A stretch of 57,152 nucleotides of DNA, the filler included, from Rhizaria sp. SCN 62-66 (taxonomy: Eukaryota), in NCBI GenBank assembly GCA_001724265.1. It is 2 parts of 2 records of this genome, joined end to end, with 100 filler letters (N's around TTAATTAATTAA, not from the genome) between each part and the next. Parts side by side here need not be neighbours in the genome. Positions count along the whole stretch, not along the records: positions 28,675 to 57,152 come from MEDY01000387.1; 1 more part is not named here. One strand, written 5' to 3'. The translations under genes were made by a program, and so were the position numbers. Position 1 is the first letter of the stretch; every line of letters begins with the position of its first letter. Under the pieces are notes generated by a model that saw only the letters and a list, made by a program, of their open reading frames with translations, did not search any database and was not told the DNA's origin. Positions 33,201 to 43,849 of the stretch are shown here, in pieces.

Positions 33201-36200
33201 GAAGGTGAAGACGACGAGCGCGATGAACATGGCCACAAACAGGAACGACGCCACGAGCACGAAGATGAACACGGGCGCCGCCATCGCGGTGTTGTTGCCA
33301 ATGATGGGGGCCTCGCCGCGCGGCGTGGCGTCTATGCAGAGGAACATGACCTCTGTCCAGCCGTCGGTGGTGCCCAGCTGGTACAGCGTGCGCAACGCGC
33401 CGGCGATGTCGTCGAAGTTGGCCTGCGCGGGGTTCATCCAGCTGCCGACGCCCGTGGACAGGCACTGTGCCTCGGTGAGGAAGTACTCGACAAGGCCGTC
33501 GGGGCGCTCGCAGCGGCGCATGCGGCCCGCGAGCAGCGAGATGCCGAAGACGCCAAAGATGAGGTACCAGCCGAAGGCCGTGAGGACAATCTTGAAGAAG
33601 GACGGCAGCGTGGTGATGACGGCGAGCAGCATGTCGCGCGTCTGCTTAAACGCCGTCAGCACGCGCAGCGCGCGCAGGGCCAGCAGGGACTGGAACACGC
33701 GCCAGATCTCGTTGTTGGTGACGAAGATGTTGACGAAGAACTGCGTGACGTGGAGGATGAGGATGAGGAACTCGATCACGTTCCACGGGTTCGACAGGTA
33801 CGAGTCCTTGTGCCCCGCGAATCCGAGCGCGAGCCACTTGAGGAAGAACTCAAACAGGAAGCCCGCAGTCATGAGGATGTCACCGGCGTCCATGAGGTAC
33901 TTGCCGTTACTGCCCGGCTTCACTGAGGGCTCGCGCACGCCCAACAGCACGACGCCGAGCAGCACGAAGGCCGTCATGCACAGCCACCAGATGCGGTGGT
34001 GCAGCACGAAGGCGACGCGCTGGCGCACGGGGTGCGCGGGCCACAGGCAGAAGCACGACGTGCCCTGCAGGTCGGTGCGGTCGAACTCGTTTAGGCGGCG
34101 CTCGCGGCGCAGCTGCTGCATCTCGGCGCGGTGGCGGCGGCGCTCGTCCTCGTCCAGGTCGCGCCCAATCTGGTGCACCATCGTAAAGGAGAAGGAGAAG
34201 TTACCGTAGTCCTTGCGCTCGTAGCGCGCACGGAAGTCCTGCTCGTGGGCCTTGTTGGGGCGGTAGATGTCCACTCCCGCGGGCTCCTCCGCCTCGGTCG
34301 CGTTCTGCACCTGTGTCTTGAGACACAGCACTTTGGTGAAGAAGACGCCTGCGTCGTGCAGCAGCAGCGGGAAGCCCTCAAGGCGGATCGCGTTCTGCTC
34401 CAGCGCGCGCTTCGCCTCACGGTCCAGCCGCAGCTGCACGCTCGTGAAGTTGCCCAGAAGCACCGCGATCATGATAGCGAAGAGGAGGATGGCGCCCGAG
34501 ATGTACATGAGGACGAAGAAGATGGCCATGGACCAGCCGCGGTACTCGATCGCAAAGTACATCATCTTGAACCAGTTCTCGCCGGTCATCACCTGGAAGA
34601 CGGAAATGGTGGACCACCAGAAGTTGTTGAACGTGACCCACCGCTTCTCCGGTGAGAAGATGGGGTTGAGGTACTGTTCGTTGGCGATGTTGAAGTCGCC
34701 CATGAGCTGCTGCATGCCGACGACAGAGAAGATGTATAGGTACAGAACGATGAGCAGGATGACAGGGAAGAGGTCGCTGAAGAGCTGGAGCAGCGCGCCG
34801 AACACGAGCTGCATGGGCGCCCACGTGTGCCAGTACTCGATCATGCGCAGCAGGCGCAGCGCGGCCATGGCGCCAAAGATGGTGATGGCGCCACCGTCGG
34901 TGGGCTCGACGGAGAACTCGACGAACATGCACGCCAGTACGCCCGTGTCGACGATGTTGAAGCCGGAGGAGAAGAACTTGCGCGGGCCCAGCGCGCCGAC
35001 GCGCACCACGAGGTCCATGCTGAAGACGATGCAGCCGAGGATGTGCGCGGCGGAGATGAGGCTCTTGCGCGAGGACGATACGTCGTAGGTGTTGGCGCAG
35101 AGCGCGGCTAGCACGAGGAGCGTGGTCGTCCACACGAGCACTTCGAAAGCGTGCGAGCGCATCAGCATCTCGGGGATGCTCTCCTTGGGCTCGTCCTCGA
35201 GCAGCAGCGCGTTGGGCTCGCCGCCCTCGGTCGACGTCAGGTCCACGCCCAGGAAGTCACCCACGTTGCTGTCCATCATCGACGAGAACTTGCTCGTGCG
35301 CAGCCGCTTGAGGTGCTCCATGCGGATCCGGTTCTCCTCGTCCTTAGCCTCCTTGGCGAGGCGCTGGCGCTCCAGCTCGACCTGGCGCGCGCGGTTGAAG
35401 CGCAGCGCGATGAGTGCGATGACCAGGTTCGTCAGGAACAGGTTGCCGATGACGACGAGGATAAAAAAGTACGCGCGCGACGCGCTGGCCAGCACGTCAT
35501 CGATATAGAACATGATCGTCGTCCAGCCGTCGCGCGAGACCGAGACGAAGACGGCCAGCAGCGAAGTGCCGATGTTGTTGAAGTTAAGCACGTTAAACCA
35601 GGGCGACGCGCCGTACGAGTTGCAGTGCCAGTTGTTGGCCGTGTCGCAGTGGCGGCCGTAGTTGTTGTTGGAGCACAGGTACAGCGGCTCCCAGGGGAAC
35701 AGCGTGTCCTCCCAGGTTCCAGTGAGGATGTTCTGGCAGCGGAAGTCGAGGTAGTTAGAGAAGAGCTGGATGCCCATGATGGCGAAGGCGACGAAGAAGA
35801 AGAGAAGCACGAGCGAGATCTCGAACAGCTGCGATAAGGCCTCCATAAGGCAGCGCAGAAGCGTGCCCAGCGCGCCCAACATCGGCATGTTGCCCAGCGG
35901 CCCCACGAGCCGCAGCGTACGGAACACGGCCATGTAGTTCTCGCCGAAGTAAAACTTGAGCCAGCCGAAGACATTACAAAACAGGTCGAGCCAGTTCCAT
36001 TTATTTTTCATGTACGACAGCGGGCCGGCGTTGTAAAAGCCCTCTGCGAAGATCTTCAGGAACATCTCGATGGTGAAGACGATGGTGAAGAAGACGTCGA
36101 CAGAGTAATAGGAGCCCTCGCGGCCGACGCCCTTGGAGCCCGAGGCGGCGAGCCAGATGAGCTGCGCAATGAGCATAATCGTCATGATGTGGTGGAACAG

Positions 36201-37290
36201 CCGCGACTCGACAAGGCGGATCGCGCCGCGGCGGAAGAACTGGTTCGGGCTCGCGCCCCACAGCGCGGGACGACGCGTCATGTGGCGGGCCCACGGCCGC
36301 TCTTCGTACGACCGCAGCGACAGCAGATCTGAAAAGAAAAATTTGGCGTGGACGCAGACTTGGCCAGGCAGCGAGAGCGACTCGATGTCGGCCTCGATCA
36401 GACGCTCGTGGTAGTACGTCTTTTCGACCTCGTCCGGGTCAATGAACTCTGTGAAGTCGCACACATAGTCGAGCAATAGTTACGGTAGAAACATGATGCA
36501 GCGATAACAGAAGCGAAAAAGAGTTAAAGTAGAAAGTTTGAAAGAAGATTTGTAAGAATAATTGGCATAGAGTCGAATGAAGCGCTATGCAGCGCAAGCG
36601 CAGTGCAGCGCGGCTCGGTATAGTACAGTATGATATGATGCAGATATAGCGAATGCACAGCGGGAAGGGGCAGGCAGGCCGCTGCGCGAAGGCTCCGCTT
36701 GGGCGCTCGCCACTGGCAGCGCCTCTCTCTGAGTCCGTCACCGAAGCGTCCGACATGCGCAGTCGCAGGCACGGATGCAGCAGCAGCAGCGGCGGCGCCA
36801 CGGCACGGAAACGGCAGGGAAACGGCTGCGCGGCTTGCAGCGTGCACCGGCCGAGCCAGAAGCTGTGAGTTTGCAGAGCACGCGCGGAAAACAAGTGCAA
36901 GAAGCTGGAGCAGCGTGCAGGCAAACGCGCGCATGCGAGCGAGCGGGCCCCAACGCGGGCAGTCGGAGTGAGGGACGGCGCCGCTTCCAGAGCCGCAAGA
37001 GAGCGCGGGCAAGGACCGGCCGAAAGAGGGGCGGCGGCGCGGGGCAGAGGTGCGGGCAGGGGCAGCGTGGATAAAAAGGCGTGGAAAAACTCTCACGCGG
37101 GTTGGGAGGCGCGAGATAAGACAGCCCCGCGAGGCGCGAGCGCGTGGGAGAATAGAACGAGCGAGACTGGAGGATATGAGGCGAAGCGCGCCTCGAGCGA
37201 GGAGAGAAGAAAGCACGCACCTGATGACTTGACCACAGGGTCATTTGAGGGGAACTCCGCATCTATGGCGGCCGGGTCTTTGGGTTGCAT
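30234..37290 (-). CDS. Four-domain voltage-gated Ca2+/Na+ channel family alpha subunit, about 2094 aa, exons 37290-37221 and 36448-30234
   Basis: Four 6-TM repeats with WNWLD/FNIVD/WNVIE/YDRAD S3 starts, S4 R-x-x repeats, P-loops SRDGW, TGENW, TTDGW, TTEDW and S6 LNLFIAVLL. The exon 1 donor G|GTGCGT and acceptor CAG|AG restore the frame (Glu). Confidence 0.93.
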
Positions 37291-40200
37291 CCCCTCAACC
37301 CTGGGACGGGAAGGAAAGACAAGTCGGAATGAAAGGAGAGAGTGATGAGTGGGTAAGGTTCGGTTTGACAGTGCACATGAATGAACCAAAGCAACGCCAA
37401 GTAGTTTACCCACTAGCTTTTAAAAGTAATAACAAGATACAACACATCAGCTTTCTGCTATATTCAAAGTTACTTTTTGTGAATAACGGTCTATAACCCG
37501 CTATCTCCCGCCGTCCGAAATGACAGTAGCTCCTTCGAAGCTTTGCTTCATTGCCACCCGCCGCCGACCGTGGTTCGCAAAAAAGGCGACCGCCACTTGT
37601 TGGTATCGAACAAAATAAATGCTGCCACTTGATATAAACATATTCTTGGTCGACATGTTTCGTTTGGATAATCACAAGCAGTCTCGTACTCTGTGATATT
37701 TTTGTTCACTTTATGACACTCGGTTAAACCGCCAAAGTGACAGCAAGGCTAGAATGAGTACTTGAATATCTACGGCATATAAATCGGTCCAGTTCGTTAT
37801 AATCCTGCACATAGGGTCTATCATTTGAATATATTACATTTTTTAGTCTGATATGAAAGGTTTCCAAGTCACATTGGTTTTGCTACCAATTATATTTCTG
37901 CCACCACCAATATGATGATGCTACTTTCAAGTTTGTTGACAACACTCGCAATTTAACATTGTACCCACACTCTCAGAAGTTGAAACACAAACTTTTACAC
38001 GGCCAATACATTGAAGCAACAAATAATATCCTATTTTCCTCGTGATAGCTGTTCGATCGTCATCATATAGTTTTGCACAGTAACCTGTGACAGTTCCACG
38101 TGGCAACAACAACGACGCCTAGGTTCATCACTAAAAGACGTTTTAGCTTCTACAGACATGAATTCCAATTTATAGTCATCATATAATAACGGTGTTTTCG
38201 AATTATTTTCTTTTTTTTCTTCTAAACTATTTCCTTAGACAAGTAAAAGTAAGACTTGATTCAAAAACAAAAAAACGGGAGCAATAATTTATACACTATT
38301 TTTATATAAAATTTTTTCTGAGGCGCTCTTTTGAGACTGCAATTACTGTGCTTTTTAAGATGAAGATAAATGCCAAACATAATTAAATTGGGATATATTT
38401 AATGTTGAATTATTATCAAACTAATAAAAACGTTTCTTTAAGTGTAGGTAATGTCTACAAAGATATATTCTATTTTATATCATATTGGCGTGTCACATTA
38501 TGCTAACAGAGGGCTCTGTGCAGCCATTATTGCAGTGATTTCAAATTCATAAAGACTCCGTTCGCATTAACGACCGCTAAACACTCTATTAACGTTAGTT
38601 ATAAAGCATTAGCAAACATATCATTTGATCCATTGGTGCACAAGACCGAGCTGCGATTGACCAGTGACATCGTATGAGCTGCGACAGCCACAGCAAAGGA
38701 ACAACAGATCTGCTGTTGTGTTCTGTGTGAAGGCGATACTAACAAGAAATAAGCAACAGTAAGGTCTTGCACAGATTGTCACAGTCATTTATACAAAAAT
38801 ACATTTTGTATTGACGGTCTCTTAGAAGAGCTCGTGCAACATCGGAAGTTCTTTAGACTTCTTGATTAGCGTTCACGTACGCTTAAAGATTTGTTTATTG
38901 GTTTCGTTTCAATCAAAATGCGTTTTATATTTGCCTTGTGTTACGAAAAGGACTGACAAATTTACGCTGACCCCGGCTTACTTTGTTTTCCTGGCTCGAG
39001 GGATGAAGGCATGGGTTCCGTCGTTTCAACATTGATCTACAATGTATTACCCGAGGTTATCGTTTCACCACGACAAAAGAGATTAATTTTTAAATTTTAG
39101 AAGCCAAAAACCAATTGTACTTAATCATTGTTTAAAAAGCTAGGAGTCGCGATTATGACGTGAATTTCATTGGCGCAAATCCGGAGTCAAGCGGCCCGTG
39201 CGGGACGGAAAAGCTGTCTTTTGTTTCTCACTGCGGGGCGGGACAACGCGCTTGTGCGGTTAGTGTTGAAGTAAGTGTAACTAACAATCACTGTTGCTGT
39301 GAATACATTTGCACCCAGGGCTATTCCGCTGCGTCCGCGGATGAGGACCAATAAGGGGCACCAGGTTCCTGTTCTGGCACTTATGCGGGTGGGTCGGTAC
39401 ACGCGTATCACGTCGTTTTTGAACATCAGCAACATGCATGCTCATAGCACAACGGGCACTAAGAGCGCACGCCGGTGACAGCTGCCTTACCAATTGAGGT
39501 TCCAGTGGGCGTGACAAAGTTGTTTTCAAGCTTGTAGGCTCTGTAGAGGTAGAATGTGTTATATCGAGTTTATGGGGACGTCCTGCCTTGCCAAAATGAC
39601 TCAAGAATTGCAACTGCAGTCGTCGCAATCTCCGTGAGGGCCATATATAGCGAGCATCGCTGACCAGGATCGAGTTATATCTGTCAGCAGGAGTTCAAAG
39701 TGTTTGTATTAATAGTGATGGACCGTCATGAAAAAAACCGGGTCACTAAGATTATATGTACAGAATAGGCGCTGAGGCGCAAAAGAAACCTAAAATAAGA
39801 TATAGAAAAGCAATTCTAAAGGAACGGTGCTGAACCCTTTAACATAAGAATATCGTGCCAATTTTAAGACGAGATCACGACGTAACTTGTTTTGAAGGAG
39901 TGTCCTTTGAGGAGGAATTGAAAAAGATACTGTGGCGTCAAGTCCAAGCAGTGAAATGAGCTATTATTTATCTCAGTTATAGACCACACAAAAAGTAGAT
40001 TAAATAGGTTTGCAGGCAATTCTACCACGTAATTACGGCATGGAAGCTGGAAAACCATGGCGCAGATCCCGGAAAAAACTGGTGGTGAGCGCACTCTTTC
40101 CATATTTCCGGCAAGATAAGGAGTTGTTGTCCGATACCCCCCTCTACACTCGACAATTGCAGTATCGTGAAAATCTTCAATATATTATCAGATTCTCTGT

Positions 40201-40430
40201 TCAGTGCGTTCATGACCAGGGTCAGACAAAAATGAATGCTGCTTTCCCGAATCCGAAGACAAAACTTCGATCAAAATATCAAATAACACCATGTATACTT
40301 TAAATTTTATATAAGTGTACAAATCTGGTACGGACCCGTGCTTGTTTTTGAATTTTTTTTTAACCTCACCGAGTTTCATTGAGAGTACCTGCGTGAATCA
40401 GCTATGTGTCGATTCCGGAAGACTTGAACA

Positions 40431-40504
40431 GCCCCATTAGCTCAGTTGGTAGCAGCGTACGACTTTTAATCGTGATGTCACGGGTTCGACCCCCGTATGA
40501 GGCA
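40431..40504 (+). tRNA. tRNA-Lys(UUU), slightly atypical
   Basis: Cloverleaf: acceptor GCCCCAT/ATGAGGC (one C.A mismatch), A-box TAGCTCAGTTGG, anticodon stem TACGA/TCGTG with loop CTTTTAA (TTT at 40465-40467), T-arm ACGGG-TTCGACC-CCCGT. Confidence 0.9.
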
Positions 40505-40507
40505 ACC

Positions 40508-40516
40508 TTTTTTTTT
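40508..40516 (+). terminator. Pol III oligo-T terminator
   Basis: Run of T starting 3 nt after the tRNA 3' end. Confidence 0.8.
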
Positions 40517-41360
40517 CTTGCACTTAATTTTTGCGCGCAGCCGCGCTTCCAACGTGACGATGTGACGGACCGTGATAGCTCGGCAGCGACAACCAGCGAC
40601 AACAGGGAGTTCTCAGGTCAGGGTCTACAATATGTCATGTAAACGGTGAAAACGCTCTTGATTGCGTGCATCATTCCGTTACGTGCCTCTCGGTTAGAGC
40701 CTGCTTTCGCTCAAATACTGCGTCAGAGAGTGACAGCAGTCTTACAATTACCAGTGCATAGATAAAATAGCAGTCACATTCGACACAACAAATTTCAGAG
40801 TCAAATGTGGTCATTACGTCGTGAAGTGACCACTTCCATTTCGCTCGTCTAGGCGTGTCCTAACAATAGTAAACACGTCCAGTCGCTAGTGGTGCCGTTG
40901 GGGGTGTCAAGCTCCTTTTGGTGATGTGAAACGTTGCTCAGTAGACGATCAGAGCGTCGTGAGAAGACGCTGTCTCTGTTCCATTAGATTAACCTACGAA
41001 TGTATATGCAAGTTTCGTTTTTTATTTCCGCAAATTTGAACTCTGTGTCGTGATATACGAGCCGTTTCATGTTGCAGTTTGCAGCGTGAATCTTCGACGC
41101 CCAGAATCACTTGTTTTCCCCGAAGTCATCGACTTCTAGAGATTGCGTCGCTATTTCACTCTTATTTTTGCGTAGTATGCACTTATTAATTGCATTTTGA
41201 GCGTGTGACTTCCGATTTGCGGGGGCTAGCGCTCTCTAGTCGTCTCGGTCTCGCTCGTGTCTTGCAACCCACTCAACTACTCTTGTTTCCCTCTCTCACC
41301 TGACCTCACGCTCACGCTTCTTTCTCACAACATTCTCTACTGTCTGCCTCTTTTAGAACC

Positions 41361-42078
41361 ATGTCGTCCAACAAGCGTCCTGAGTTTGAGACCAACTTCC
41401 AGGTTCGTATCCCCTTGCTCTTCCCGCTCTTACATCATACCGATACCAGGCTCACCGATGTCATGCTTTAACAAAACGATAATAACTCACTCTTCTATCC
41501 TTGCCCTGCGCCTCTTTTATTCTTCGTTGTAACCAGGTGACCAAGAGCATTACCACCCAGCAGAGTCTGGACATCATCAGCGACGCCGCCGAGAAGGGCG
41601 TCATCGAGATCACCGACGACCCGCGCGTACGTGCACTTAGACTTCACGAAGTGACTCATTTAACACATGACTTTTCATTCAACACTTCACAAAATACGTT
41701 TGGATCTTTCTATTTTCCTTTGCGCATCATGTTTCCCGTTTTTTTTTCTTCTTTCTTCACTCCTCTTTTCACATCTCTCACGCTCTCAATGCTTTCACGC
41801 TTTCTCATTGACTCGCCCCACTGCAGAAGCTGAGCAACGGCATCTACCGCCCCGCACGCAACATGCCCGCCAACGTGGCCCCCACGGCGCCCCCTGTGCC
41901 GCAGCCGGCCGGCTCTGCCGCCGCGTCCGCGCCCGCCCCGTCGGCCTTCCAGGTCGCGGGCGTGCTGCAGGCGCGCGACAAGGACGCCGCGCCGCCGGGC
42001 GCCAACAAGGGCCTTGAGATGTTCCAGCGCATGCAGCAGCAGAACGCCAAGAAGCCCATGGTCGACATCACCAAGTAA
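41361..42078 (+). CDS. Hypothetical 127-aa protein, exons 41361-41402, 41537-41626, 41827-42078
   Basis: Two phase-0 GTNCGT...CAG introns give MSSNKRPEFETNFQVTKSITTQQSLDIISDAAEKGVIEITDDPRKLSNGIYRPARNMP...KKPMVDITK. Strong GC3 codon bias; no family recognised. Confidence 0.75.
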
Positions 42079-43849
42079 GCCGGTCAGCGAGCGTGCGGTG
42101 AGCAACAACAAACCAACAACAACATGCGCAGAGCGGGTGATTTTGTGGTTGATTTCATTGGACTCATACTATGTGGCTGGTGTCTTTCTAGGTTCGGAAC
42201 GAGTTGTGCCGTGTTTCTACTTCTACTGTCTGTGACAGCTGTTGATGGACAGCAACAGAGCCGCAACATTGGTTGCTGTTGAAGTCGTAAGGTCGCACTC
42301 AATCCATGTACAGCTTGTCGTGTGTAAGTGCACACGTAATACAAAAGTAACATTTTGACCTACAACCGACGACTTTTTGAACGGAAATCTTCAAGCATGT
42401 ACAGCAAGAGTCGCACATGTAAGCATTTGTTACAATTTAAGTGCTTTGTGAAGATAATCGCGTATATACAGGTGCGTTTATAATACCATTTTTCGGTCCC
42501 TCCAGCGGCTTATCTTTCTTTGCGGCTGGTTGGTGCGCATAGTGATCAGCAGGATTCGATTGGAGCTTATCTTCACACAAAGCTTTTGAGCTTTTGACAG
42601 GCGATAATAGAATGCTGCTGGTCCACTTAGCTTGAGCAGTGGGTTCTGTTTCTTGTTTTATTTTTCACACTTCCGCGCAGCGCGTGTAAGTGTGTCTAAT
42701 CCGGCCAGGTACGTACTTGGGCTTCCCAGAGCTTATACAATCACATCTTTTGAACGTCTTCTCGATCAGAGCCATCAATAACGGTTGATCAAGGGACATT
42801 CACGCACGTCCAGCCCATTGCCCGACCTTCCATGACGGGGGATGACTATATTTTTTCAGTGCAACAGTATTGGAGGCGAGATGAAGTGTTCGCTACCTCG
42901 ATAATGGGTAGGGTACCACCGGTCTTTTCTTACATTCTTCCACAATCCACATCACCTCTCTTCTTGTTGAGGGATTTATCACTTGTCACCAGCCTCTCTG
43001 CTTTTATTTTGTTCAGCTCACTCACTTTTCAATCTTCTGTTTCGCACTTTTTACAGGTTCCTCTCCTGTGATCCTCCACTCCTTGTCGGATACGACTTTC
43101 TTTGCGTCTCACCCGCAAGTCTTCGATGTGAGACTTACAAGTCGAGAGCGTGACTGGATCCACTTGCTTGTGATTGTGCTATGCTCTGGCCACTGCGCTG
43201 TGCTAGCATTGTTACGTCCGCAGTGAGACGTTGAAAGTTGTTTCTTGTCTTCACAAGTTCAAACCAATTTTGTTTTTGGTACTGAACAATATTGCTCCGA
43301 GACTAAGTTTAATACACAAAGACACATTCACTTCATCCAACCATCTTCATTTCACGACGCCATATACGAGTATGATCGCTTGAAAACAAGGTCATCTTAA
43401 ATCATGGTAATACTTACTGTTAACGAGTAAGCTTATGGTCTTTCGGGATGAAGTTTTAGTTCTATTTATTCTGACTAGAGCTTCTTGTCATTAAAAGATG
43501 AGCTCAAATATATATACAATATATAGTAATGATAAAAACAAAGAAGAGGAAACAGATATGTACACACAGATTGATAATTGTTTGCGTAATGTCTAAGCTT
43601 TCGCCACTCTCTGCGTCGTGTGATAATGAAGCATCTTCTCCTACATGATGCCAAAGTGACTGACAATACGATTCGAGGAAACGATTTTGTCAGTACTCTC
43701 CATGTAACTACACTTAGATGTACTTCAGACCAGTCAAGACATTAAAAACACACAAACAACGAAATGGACACACACACAAGTACACCTTGAAGTACGCTAA
43801 GACTCAACCAGGGATACATTGACACAAGCATGCAGAGGGGCCTGTACGC

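Noticed and set aside
39860-40380. Short AT-rich ORFs upstream of the tRNA
   Set aside because: No codon bias or recognisable motifs.
40431-40504. tRNA as the UAG-decoding tRNA
   Set aside because: The anticodon is TTT (Lys), not CTA. I saw no CUA tRNA in this window.
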